Of a stretch of DNA of 64,000 bases, positions 19,817 through 28,268 are shown piece after piece (position 1 is the first letter of the stretch; each line of letters begins with the position of its first letter). The notes below the pieces were generated by a model. It did not search any database, was not told where the DNA came from, and saw only the letters and a program-made list of their open reading frames with translations. The stretch covers positions 1,088,001-1,152,000 of the forward strand of contig OY969767.1 of assembly GCA_963702895.1 (NCBI GenBank). The letters are read 5' to 3'. The translations under genes and the position numbers were made by a program. This DNA is from an uncultured Elusimicrobia bacterium (lineage in GTDB: Bacteria; Elusimicrobiota; Elusimicrobia; 2-01-FULL-59-12).

Positions 19817-19959
19817 GGGCTCCTCCTCTCCCTTAGATGGAGAACACCCGAAAATATTCACTGCTTAGACAAAGAGTTCAGACCCATCCGAGAACCCATT
19901 GCGTTTCGCATTTCGCCTTTTACATTCTTCATTTTGACTTGAGACACACCAGCGGTCGC

Positions 19960-20274
19960 AAGAGATGAAGCAGCTTCGTCAAAGATTAGGCAGGTTCCCC
20001 TGGAAAGATTAAGCAGGTTCACGGAAAGATTGAGACGGCTCCTCGAAGAACGAGACGGTTGGTCGGGAAAGAAAGAGACGGTTGGCAAAGAGAATGAGAC
20101 GGCTCCTCGAAGATTAGGTAGGTGACCCCGGAAAGATTAGGCAGGTTGGCCGAAAGATTAGGTAAGTTCCTCGAAGATTAGGTAAGTTCCCCGCGAAAGA
20201 TTAGGTAAGTCGACCGAAAGATTAGGTAAGCTGGCGGAAAGATTAGGTAAGTTGACCGAAAGATTAAGCAGGTC
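19960..20274. repeat. Tandem ~21-bp repeat array 2 (~15 units, 64-bp higher-order period)
   Basis: Core GAAAGATTAGGTAAGTT; spacings (20,23,21)x4 then 21,21. Confidence 0.9.
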
Positions 20275-20577
20275 TGTCCGCGCCGGACGGCACGGGTTGG
20301 TACAGCGTGGCGGGGTCACGGGGATCGCCGGAGCGCTTGATCAGGCCGCGGTCCATGAGGTTGCCCAGGATTCTTAAGGTGGCCGTGCGCGAAAGGTTTA
20401 GCAGCTTTTCCACATCCTCCCGGCGCAGGCCGGCGCTCTGGCGCGCGGCGTCCAGGATCATCTTCTCGTAGCGTTCCCGTTTGCGGCTGACCCAGCGGTT
20501 TTGGGTGGAGGGGGGCAGGGGGTGACGAAGGCGTCGGCGCCGCGGCCTGGCCTTCGCCCTCGAGCTGTTGTTTGAGC
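20264..20577 (-). pseudogene. 5'-truncated, frameshifted paralogous copy of the 3' part of the 22545-23288 gene (wHTH domain)
   Basis: High DNA similarity to 22545-22857; one extra G in the G-run near 20511; TM-encoding 5' part absent. Confidence 0.85.
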
Positions 20578-20699
20578 CCCCGTGCGCCTTTTCAAACAGG
20601 TCGAACAGATCAGGTCAAGCAAATCCAGGTTCCAAACACGCTTCATCGCAAAGGATGTGGAAGGCGAGCGCAGGGTTCTGTTATACAATCATCGTCAAG

Positions 20700-21347
20700 A
20701 TGACGCCAAAGGATCGTTACGATGTGTCCGATTTGCCGGAGGCGCAGTTTGAGCCGGGCTCACGAAGGCAGGTTCTGCGCAATCGTTTAGGCATCAGAAC
20801 GATTGCCGCCATGGAGAATGCCGAAGAGCTGGCCTTGAAAAAGGCGACAGACATTCTTCTGCATACCTACTCAAAGGACCATCGCTTTAAGGCCAATGAC
20901 ATCCGTCATATGCACCGGCTTTGGCTATCGGACATCTACGGCTGGGCAGGCAATTATCGGAGGGTCAATCTGAGCAAGACGGGATTCATGTTTGCTGTTG
21001 CCCAGCACGTTCCCGGATTGATGCAGGAATTTGAAACGACTGCTCTGAAAGAATGCACCCCTTGTCATCCTGGGGATATTGAGACGATTGCAGAACATTT
21101 GGCGAAGGTCCACGTTGAACTCGTGCTGATACACCCCTTCCGGGAAGGAAACGGACGTGTTGCCCGGCTACTCACGACCTTCATGGCGCTCCAGGCCGAT
21201 CTGCCGCTCCTGGATTACAGAAGCATTCTGGGGAAATCGACACCCGTTTATTTTGCCGCCATTCAAGCGGGCATGAAACGAGACTACTTGCCCATGCGGA
21301 AAGTGATGAAATCAGTGATTGCGCGTACGCTCAGGCGGCTTTCTTAA
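20700..21347 (+). CDS. Fic family protein (AMPylase)
   Basis: HPFREGNGRVAR motif; VL.N.LGI, YGWAG.YR.V. Confidence 0.93.
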   Translation: MTPKDRYDVSDLPEAQFEPGSRRQVLRNRLGIRTIAAMENAEELALKKATDILLHTYSKDHRFKANDIRHMHRLWLSDIYGWAGNYRRVNLSKTGFMFAVAQHVPGLMQEFETTALKECTPCHPGDIETIAEHLAKVHVELVLIHPFREGNGRVARLLTTFMALQADLPLLDYRSILGKSTPVYFAAIQAGMKRDYLPMRKVMKSVIARTLRRLS

Positions 21348-21501
21348 ACAGGCGTATTTTCTGCTTTAAGGTGCGGAGCGCCGTGGCAAAAGAACCCGTT
21401 TCGACGGCGGTAGAAGAGGCGACGTTCAGCGTGAGCGCCTTTTCGTATTTGCGCCGGTCTCGAAGGTAGGGGCTCGTCGCCAGCAGTGATTTCTTTTTCA
21501 T
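21331..21501 (-). CDS. Small 56-aa protein, putative Fic antitoxin
   Basis: Manual translation MKKKSLLATSPYLRDRRKYEKALTLNVASSTAVETGSF...; S-xxx-E inhibitory-like motif; TGnTAGACT -10 box 6 nt upstream. Confidence 0.6.
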   Translation of the reverse strand: MKKKSLLATSPYLRDRRKYEKALTLNVASSTAVETGSFATALRTLKQKIRLFKKAA

Positions 21502-21567
21502 GAAACAAGTCTACCATGATGGCCGCACCAATTCCAGACTTCCCAGCCGTTGCAGAAAGGACCTCCT

Positions 21568-22314
21568 ATGAAATTCGAGCTTTCTGACGAACAACTGAAA
21601 AATCTGCTGGTTCTGGCGTATCTGGGCGAATGGATGGCTAATGCGACCAGGGAAGAGCCGATCAAAGACTATGAGCAAGCCGCTTCCAGGATTTACGCCC
21701 TGGCCCAAGGAACCGCGCTGGAGCGCTACGTGGACTACGATGATCAGTCGCGGCGGTGGTGGCCCAGCAAGGAGCTGGACGAAGCAGCGGAACCGTTGCG
21801 CAGCGATTATGACGATGAGACGTTCTGGGACGAACTGCTGGACCGCCTGATCGACCGGGACCTTGCCGCAACATACGGGGTTGGGATTTTGGGTTCGAAG
21901 GACCGTGATAAATATTGCGCCCTGCGAGAGCCGATCGAGTCACGCTACGGGACGGAGTTTGAACGCTTTGGGATTGATCGCCTCAAGCTGCCCGAGGGTC
22001 TTCCTGAAGAAGACGCTTACTCCCCCTCGCCGGCCCAGGCGACAGCGATGGGCTTGGCGTGGTACCGGTCCGATCAATGGGAACAGCTTCGGTCCATCTC
22101 CGCGGACCGCGATGAGCTCGAAGAAAGATACGTGGAATGGTTAAAGACCGCTTCTAACCTCTTTTCCCAGCTCACGCTGCGGGGTCAAGAGATCAAAAAG
22201 GTATTAGTGGACGTCAATGATCTCGCCAAATGGTGTAAAGCCAAGGGCCTTCTTGTCGATTCCCATTCCCGATCTGCTTTCGTCGCGGACCAGCTCCGAA
22301 CGACGAAGTCCTGA
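21568..22314 (+). CDS. Hypothetical acidic protein, apparently two fused domains
   Basis: AAAGGA SD before ATG 21568; protein-like composition; Pro/Ala linker before GLAWYR..QW domain. Confidence 0.75.
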   Translation: MKFELSDEQLKNLLVLAYLGEWMANATREEPIKDYEQAASRIYALAQGTALERYVDYDDQSRRWWPSKELDEAAEPLRSDYDDETFWDELLDRLIDRDLAATYGVGILGSKDRDKYCALREPIESRYGTEFERFGIDRLKLPEGLPEEDAYSPSPAQATAMGLAWYRSDQWEQLRSISADRDELEERYVEWLKTASNLFSQLTLRGQEIKKVLVDVNDLAKWCKAKGLLVDSHSRSAFVADQLRTTKS

Positions 22315-22391
22315 CAAGCATCCGCTTCCCGGAGGTTGGCAGTACGAATGAGCGCCGAAGGACGCCAAAGCGACCCGAGGCCGGATTGGCA

Positions 22392-22555
22392 AATAGATTA
22401 ACCGGGTTCCTCGAAGATCGGGCCGGTTCCCCGAAAGATTAGGCAGGTTGGCCGAAAGATTAGGTAAGTTCCTCGAAGATTAGGTAAGTTCCCTGCGGAA
22501 GATTAGGTAAGTTGGCCGAAAGATTAGGTAAGTTAACCGAAAGATTAGGCAGGCT
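22392..22555. repeat. Tandem ~21-bp repeat array 3 (8 units)
   Basis: GATTAGG-type cores at 22396, 22416, 22437, 22458, 22478, 22501, 22522, 22543. Confidence 0.9.
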
Positions 22556-23288
22556 TGTCCGTCGCAGCCTGCCCGGATTGGTAGAGCGTGGCGGGGTCAC
22601 GGGGATCGCCGGCGCGCTTGATCAGGCCGCGGTCCATGAGGCTGCCCAGGATCCTTAAGGTGGCCGTGCGCGAAAGGTTCAGCAGCTTTTCCACATCCTC
22701 CCGGCGCAGGCCGGCGCTCTTGCCAGTGGCGTCCAGGACAATCTTCTCGTAGCGTTCCCGCTTCCGGCTGACCCAGCGGTGTTGGGTGGAGGGGGTAGGG
22801 GGTGACGAAGGCGGCGGGGCCGCGGACTCGCCTTTGGCCTCGAGCTGCCGTTCGAGTTCCTGATGCGCTTTTTCCTCCACGCGGACGCTCAACCACCGGG
22901 AGGCACTCGATCCGATGTAGAACCCGAGGACTTCGAAGGCAATCAAGGTAAGTCCCTTGGGGTAGGCCAGGCGCGCCGGCCAGATCTCGGAGCCGAGCAC
23001 CGCCACGAGCAGGAAGACCGCCCATAGTCCGACGAACCATTCCCCTTTGAGCCGGAAAGGCGCGGGTTGCGTCTCTCCTTCGGCCGCCAGTTTCTCCGGA
23101 TGGAAGCCGATCGTCCACCGGTGGACTTCTTTCCCCCCCACATAAGCCGAAAGCAATGCCAGGTAGAAGGCGTTGGCGGTGCTGACGTTGATCTGGACAT
23201 GAGCGGCGGTGGCGAACTCCGCGACCTGCACGCCGAAAAGAGCCAGGGTGTAGAGCGCGCTCAGCCAGAAAAGAAAGGTCATGCTCAA
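22545..23288 (-). CDS. Four-TM membrane protein with C-terminal winged helix-turn-helix
   Basis: Four hydrophobic segments (YLALLSAYVGGKEVHRW, GEWFVGLW), Pro-rich linker, LRREDVEKLLNLSRTATLRILGSLMDRGLIKR.G....T.Y. Confidence 0.8.
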   Translation of the reverse strand: MSMTFLFWLSALYTLALFGVQVAEFATAAHVQINVSTANAFYLALLSAYVGGKEVHRWTIGFHPEKLAAEGETQPAPFRLKGEWFVGLWAVFLLVAVLGSEIWPARLAYPKGLTLIAFEVLGFYIGSSASRWLSVRVEEKAHQELERQLEAKGESAAPPPSSPPTPSTQHRWVSRKRERYEKIVLDATGKSAGLRREDVEKLLNLSRTATLRILGSLMDRGLIKRAGDPRDPATLYQSGQAATDKPA

Positions 23289-23629
23289 GGTTTGATCTCC
23301 CTGCGGCGATGATGAAAAACGGGGCGCTGATTTTCCCAGCCTTCTGTCCTAAGCAAGGATCTCTTGGTTCGAATCCCCCCGCGGCCGGAGTAGCCGGTCA
23401 TCTGGCCGCCCGCGCCCAAGACGCGGTGGCAGGGGATCCGGGGCGCGAAAGGGTTGGCGGCGAGCGCCCTTCCCACCGCGCGCGCGGCGCCGGGCCGGCC
23501 GATCGCGCGCGCGAGCCAGCCATAGGTCCTCGTTTGCCCGCGCGGGATTCTGGCGCAGGCTTTCCAGACGCTTTGGTAAAAATCCGGGTACTTCTTCATC
23601 TGCTCGCGAAGGTCTCGGGCAAGTTTCAC
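23285..23629 (-). CDS. MGMT/Ogt-family methylated-DNA cysteine methyltransferase (DNA-binding domain only)
   Basis: IP.G...TYG.LA, ARAVG.A...NP, PCHRV active site; GTG start inferred. Confidence 0.88.
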   Translation of the reverse strand: MKLARDLREQMKKYPDFYQSVWKACARIPRGQTRTYGWLARAIGRPGAARAVGRALAANPFAPRIPCHRVLGAGGQMTGYSGRGGIRTKRSLLRTEGWENQRPVFHHRRREIKP

Positions 23630-23630
23630 G

Positions 23631-25421
23631 CTACTCGTCCTGGCTGTAGTCCAGCGGTCTGATTTCCAGGGGTCTTCCCAAAGTCGAGATGGGTTTGTCA
23701 AAAGTACTCAGGTCGCCGATCACCAGGATCGTCATGCGGTCGGGATGCAGGTAGGTTTTGCCAACGCGCTGCAAGTCTTGTCGGGTGACTTGCGCGATTT
23801 GCCGGGTGTAAGTCTCCAGATAGTTCTCCGGAAAACCGAAGAACTCGAGGCTCATGCGGTAAGAGGCGATCTGGGCGCTCGAGGTGAAATTCTCAATAAA
23901 GCGGTTGCGGATCGCTTCCTTCGCATCCGAGATTTCCTGGTCTGTAAAGAGAGCGTCCCTGGTTTCCTGAGAAATCTTGAGGATCGATTGGATGGCCGCC
24001 ATGGTTTGAGAGCCCCGGGTCTGGCACACCGCGACCACGAGACCTCTCTGTGGAGGCTCCGTATAACCGCTGCCCACCGAATAAGCCAGTCCCTGTTCCG
24101 TCCGAACCTTACGGAATAGCCTTGAGCCCGCACTGCCGCCCCAGAGCTCGTTAAAAACTTCCCAGGCGAAATGGTCCGGGCTGTGCCGAATCAGGCCGAA
24201 ATCGCCGACCCGGATCTGGCTTTGATTGAGAGGCCGCTGGATGTAAAAAACGCGGCGATCACCCAACGGAGGCGGTGCTGGAACCGGCGGCCAGGTGGTC
24301 TCTGACTTTTCCCATGATCCCAAAGCGTTTTGAAGATGCGCGAGCATCTCCTCCGTCACGAAGTCTCCCGTGACGGCCATCCACGCGCCATTCGGGCGGA
24401 AGTAGCGCTTGTGGGCACCCAGGAGATCGTCGCGTTTGATGTTCTTGATCATGGCGGGCGAGGGGATGCGCGCGTAAGGGTGGGCGGATCCATACATCAC
24501 GCGGCGAAATTCACGGCGACTGACGTCATCAGGGTCATCGTTCATGCGCCGCAAACTTTCCAGGGCCTTGGCTTTGGTGATCTCGAACTTATCTTTGCGA
24601 AATTGTGGATGCAGCAGCAGGTCCTGGTAGAGGCCGAAGATCTCTTTAAAATCTTCTTTGCGGCAGCTCAGAGTCCCTGATCCATTTTCGAGCCCGATCG
24701 AAAATCCGATCGAAGCCGCTTTGCGGTTGAGGGTCTTTTCAATATCTTCCGGTGTGTAAAGCCTGCTCCCGCCCAAGGCCATGACTTCCCCGTAGAGCGA
24801 CCCTAAACCAATTTTGTGGAGCGGGTCGGCCTGGGTGCCCCCTTCGACGTACATCTCCAGCTTAATCAGCGGCAGCTCATGGTCTTCCAGGAGAAAAAGG
24901 ACCAGGCCATTGTCCAGCACTTTGCGGACGGGTTTGGGCGGATGGAGCTCCAGTGGCGGGAAAGCGGGCAAAGGAGGCGGCGACGCGTACAATGCAGGCT
25001 GGATAAGGAACATGGCTGCGCCGAGTAGCGCGATAAACCGATTGCCGAACAAGGGTATCGAGGCCTCTTTTGACGTCACCCCGGCGGAAGCCGGGGTCCA
25101 GTTCATCGACGATGTTCTAGATTCCGGGTCTCCACTTTGACGCGGTGGGCCGTCCGCCACAAGACGGGCGGAGAGCGCCTGGTGCGTGGCGCTCGGCCCC
25201 CGCCTAACTTCTGGCGAGGCCTCGCCAGCCGTGTGGCGGGCGCCGGGAGTGTGGAGGGCCGGCTTTCGCCGGAATGACAACCATAAGACCTTCGGAAGGG
25301 CTTGTCGACACCCTTTTGGAGATCTGGACCCCGGCTTTCGCCGGGGTGACGACACGAGTGGCCTTGGGCCCCTGTTTCGCTCACTTTGGGACATTCGCAT
25401 TCCTGGCACATCGATCCTCAT
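23631..25421 (-). CDS. M16 peptidase, non-catalytic subunit (true start uncertain, possibly near 25052-25106)
   Basis: LDNGL.L.L.EDHELP, SRLF..VR..QGLAYSV, no HxxEH; first ~110 codons are repeat-derived. Confidence 0.85.
   Translation of the reverse strand: MRIDVPGMRMSQSERNRGPRPLVSSPRRKPGSRSPKGCRQALPKVLWLSFRRKPALHTPGARHTAGEASPEVRRGPSATHQALSARLVADGPPRQSGDPESRTSSMNWTPASAGVTSKEASIPLFGNRFIALLGAAMFLIQPALYASPPPLPAFPPLELHPPKPVRKVLDNGLVLFLLEDHELPLIKLEMYVEGGTQADPLHKIGLGSLYGEVMALGGSRLYTPEDIEKTLNRKAASIGFSIGLENGSGTLSCRKEDFKEIFGLYQDLLLHPQFRKDKFEITKAKALESLRRMNDDPDDVSRREFRRVMYGSAHPYARIPSPAMIKNIKRDDLLGAHKRYFRPNGAWMAVTGDFVTEEMLAHLQNALGSWEKSETTWPPVPAPPPLGDRRVFYIQRPLNQSQIRVGDFGLIRHSPDHFAWEVFNELWGGSAGSRLFRKVRTEQGLAYSVGSGYTEPPQRGLVVAVCQTRGSQTMAAIQSILKISQETRDALFTDQEISDAKEAIRNRFIENFTSSAQIASYRMSLEFFGFPENYLETYTRQIAQVTRQDLQRVGKTYLHPDRMTILVIGDLSTFDKPISTLGRPLEIRPLDYSQDE
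25075..25350. repeat. REP-like palindrome cluster (GTCACCCCGGC..GCCGGGGTCCA family) with nested CCGCCA/TGGCGG hairpins
   Basis: GTCACCCCGGCGGAAGCCGGGGTCCA at 25075; reverse-oriented units ending 25278 and 25350. Confidence 0.8.
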
Positions 25422-26911
25422 GACTTTTTCACCGGTTCGAGGGCCCCCACGGTCAGGTTGTCCTTCAGAAAATATTTCCGTGCAAAGAGCTGGATGTCTT
25501 GGGCGCTCAGCTCTTTAATTTGCTGTTGGAAACGCAAGAGATAACGCCAATCACCAAAAATGGACTGGTTGTAAACCAAGGTGCTGGCCATGCCGGAATT
25601 GGTTTGCAGGGTTTCCAGAATGCCGACTTCGACGGCCGCTCTCACCTTTTCCAGTTCCCAAGGTTCCACGGGGTCTTTTTTGAGGCGATTCAGTTCATGC
25701 TCGATGGCTTGGGTGACCTGCGCATTGGTATGGGGATGGCGCGCTTGGGCCGAGATCAGGAACAGCGAGGCATAGCGCTCTCCGGGATAGTCTTGGGCGG
25801 TCTCCACGGCGGCGGCGACCTTTTTCTTTTCCACGAGCGCCTTGTAAAAACGAGATGTCGAACCGGTCCCCAAGAGATAGGAAACGGCATAGGCGATGAC
25901 CTGGTCTGGATGAGGGTAACCCGGGATGTGGTAGCCGAGAACAACCTGGGGTTGGGCCTCAAAGGTGACACTCGTTTGCCTTGCTCCGGTTTGTTTCGGT
26001 TCCGGGGCGATGTGGCTTGGGGGAGGTCCTGCGACGCGCCAGTTTCCAAAGTACTTTTCCACCAGCCGGAGGGTGTCCTGAGCTTTCACGTCACCGACGA
26101 TGCTGATCGTGAGTTGGTCCGGGGTGTAGTGCTTCTGGTAGAAGTCGACCAGGTCCGAAACATAAAGGTGATCCAGATCGCCCTCCCAGCCGATCGTGGG
26201 ATTGCGATAGGGGTGCGACTGGTAAGCCACGGAGGTAAAGACCTCAAAGAGTTTACCTTCGGGGTCCGTGTCGATCCTCATGCGGCGCTCTTCCTTCACG
26301 ACCTCACGCTCCTGGTAGAACTGCCGGAAAACCGGGTTCTTGAGCCGGTCGGAGTCCAGGATCGCCCAGAGTTCGATCTTGTTGGACGGCAGATCCACCA
26401 TGTATTGCGTAAAGTCTCGGGAGGTGCTGGCGTTGAGCACCGAAGCACCCTCGCGCTCATAGAGGTTCCAGAGTTCGTTATCGACAATATAGGCGCGGGA
26501 TTTTTCTTCGACGACGCGCAGCTCATCAATGAGGTCGCCAATACGCTTTTGATCGGCCTGATCGTTCCTCTGCTTTTCTTTGGCGATGGCCAACTGAAGG
26601 CGATCCATGTGTGCCAGAAGCGGCGCTTCGGCGGCATAGTTGTGGGTGCCGAGGGTCTTGGTGCCCTTGAACATCATGTGTTCAAACATGTGCGCGAGGC
26701 CCGTCTTGCCCGTCGTTTCATCCACCGATCCCACACGGAACATCATGCGGATCGACACGGTCGGCGAGAAATGCCGTTCCAGAATGAGCAGCTTGATGCC
26801 ATTGGACAACGTGTGTTCGACCACCCGTTGCTCGAGTAAGGAGCTTTCGCCAAAAGCGCAAGAGCTCGCCAGCGCCACGAGCAACAAAGAGAAACACCTT
26901 GTCCGCTTCAT
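25418..26911 (-). CDS. M16 zinc peptidase, catalytic subunit, with signal peptide
   Basis: GLAHMFEHMMFKGT, NASTS.D.T.Y, EREVVKEERR. Confidence 0.93.
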   Translation of the reverse strand: MKRTRCFSLLLVALASSCAFGESSLLEQRVVEHTLSNGIKLLILERHFSPTVSIRMMFRVGSVDETTGKTGLAHMFEHMMFKGTKTLGTHNYAAEAPLLAHMDRLQLAIAKEKQRNDQADQKRIGDLIDELRVVEEKSRAYIVDNELWNLYEREGASVLNASTSRDFTQYMVDLPSNKIELWAILDSDRLKNPVFRQFYQEREVVKEERRMRIDTDPEGKLFEVFTSVAYQSHPYRNPTIGWEGDLDHLYVSDLVDFYQKHYTPDQLTISIVGDVKAQDTLRLVEKYFGNWRVAGPPPSHIAPEPKQTGARQTSVTFEAQPQVVLGYHIPGYPHPDQVIAYAVSYLLGTGSTSRFYKALVEKKKVAAAVETAQDYPGERYASLFLISAQARHPHTNAQVTQAIEHELNRLKKDPVEPWELEKVRAAVEVGILETLQTNSGMASTLVYNQSIFGDWRYLLRFQQQIKELSAQDIQLFARKYFLKDNLTVGALEPVKKS

Positions 26912-26924
26912 GAATTGGATTGTA

Positions 26925-28235
26925 TCAGTTGTCGGATTTGAGAAACTTCTTGGCGCGCCGTTGCCGGTGAAAGGTAATAGCAAAGCGGTGGGCTTCGTTG
27001 CGCACGCGCTGCACCAGGTGCAGCGCGGCGGAATCCATCGGCAGCCGAACGGGTGGGTCCTGCCCGGGAAGGAACAATTCCTCTTCCCGTTTGGCGAGCG
27101 CCGCCATCGCGGGGACCCGGGAGGACTCCAGGACCGAACGGATGGCTACTTGGGCGGCGCCCAGCTGGCCTTTGCCTCCGTCGATGAGAATCAGGTCGGG
27201 GAGCGTCTTCCCCTCATCCCGGAGGCGCCTGTAGCGCCGCCCCACCACTTCGCCCATGCTCGCGAAATCATCAATCCCGCTGACCGTTTTGATTTTAAAC
27301 TTGCGGTACTCGTCTTTCCTGGGTTTGCCAGCCGCAAAGACCACCACGGAAGCGACCGTTTCTGCGCCTTGAAAGTGAGAGATATCGAAGCATTCGATAC
27401 GGACGGGCGGGACCTTGAGTTGGAGCGCCTTCTGCAGGTCGGTGATGGCGCGGGACCCGCCGACACGCTCGTCCAGATCCACCCGTTCGATCTGCCGGAC
27501 CGTCACGCGCTCGTCCATGTGCTCGAGCGCGGCGACATTGTCACGGAGTTGGGCCGCGCGCTCGTAGTCCTGGGCTTGGGAGGCCTCCTGGAGTTCGCGT
27601 CGCCACGATTCGGTCAGCTTCCGATAATTTCCGCGGAAGAAGAGTTCTGCCTCCTGGGCGATTCGCCGGTAAGCCGCGCGCGTGATGCGCCCCACGCAAG
27701 GGGCCGGGCATTCGTGGGTGTGATAGTAAAGACACTGTTTGGCCTTTTCCAGCGGAAGCGGATCTTTCTCGGAGAACGGATAATGACAGGGCCTCAAAGG
27801 AAACAGATGCTGCTTCCAGAGGTAGCGGAGAAGCCGGCGCAAAGGCGTGACGTTCGGATAAGGGCCGAAATAGCGGGAGCCATCACGTTTCACCTGGCGT
27901 GTCATGAAGAGCCGAGGGAAGTCTTCATGCCAAGTGATCTTCACATGAGGATAAGACTTATCGTCTTTCCACATCGTGTTGAAGTGGGGCTGCAGCCTTC
28001 GGATGAGCCCCCGCTCCATGATGAGGGCTTCGCGCTCGCTGGCGGCGGGCACATAGTCCACATGGTGGATCGAGGCGACCAGCGCCGCGATCTTGGCGGT
28101 GTGCTGCGTGCGGTTCATGAAGTAGGAGCTCACACGCTTGGCGAGATCGCGCGCCTTGCCAACGTAGAGGATTTGGCCGGCTTTGTCGCGCATCAGATAG
28201 ACGCCTGGCGAATGAGGAAGGGCGTAGAGATTCAT
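26925..28235 (-). CDS. uvrC: Excinuclease ABC subunit C, short form without C-terminal HhH
   Basis: PGVYLM, YVGKA.DL..RV.SYF, YERAA.LRD, IECFDISH, DLILIDGGKGQL, RNEAHRFAI. Confidence 0.93.
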   Translation of the reverse strand: MNLYALPHSPGVYLMRDKAGQILYVGKARDLAKRVSSYFMNRTQHTAKIAALVASIHHVDYVPAASEREALIMERGLIRRLQPHFNTMWKDDKSYPHVKITWHEDFPRLFMTRQVKRDGSRYFGPYPNVTPLRRLLRYLWKQHLFPLRPCHYPFSEKDPLPLEKAKQCLYYHTHECPAPCVGRITRAAYRRIAQEAELFFRGNYRKLTESWRRELQEASQAQDYERAAQLRDNVAALEHMDERVTVRQIERVDLDERVGGSRAITDLQKALQLKVPPVRIECFDISHFQGAETVASVVVFAAGKPRKDEYRKFKIKTVSGIDDFASMGEVVGRRYRRLRDEGKTLPDLILIDGGKGQLGAAQVAIRSVLESSRVPAMAALAKREEELFLPGQDPPVRLPMDSAALHLVQRVRNEAHRFAITFHRQRRAKKFLKSDN

Positions 28236-28268
28236 CGATTCATTATAAAGGGGGCGGCGCGCGAACAA

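Noticed and set aside
19960..20274. Arrays as a coding heptad repeat (ERLGKLA) or telomere-like TTAGG tract
   Set aside because: 20- and 23-bp spacings shift frame into TAG stops; TTAGG is not contiguous and the site is internal.
19960..22555. Tandem arrays as CRISPR
   Set aside because: Variable parts are only a few nucleotides and recur; there are no unique spacers and no cas genes in the window.
9912..23288. Prophage or ICE covering the accessory region
   Set aside because: No integrase, structural, replication or conjugation genes, and no flanking tRNA or att pair seen.
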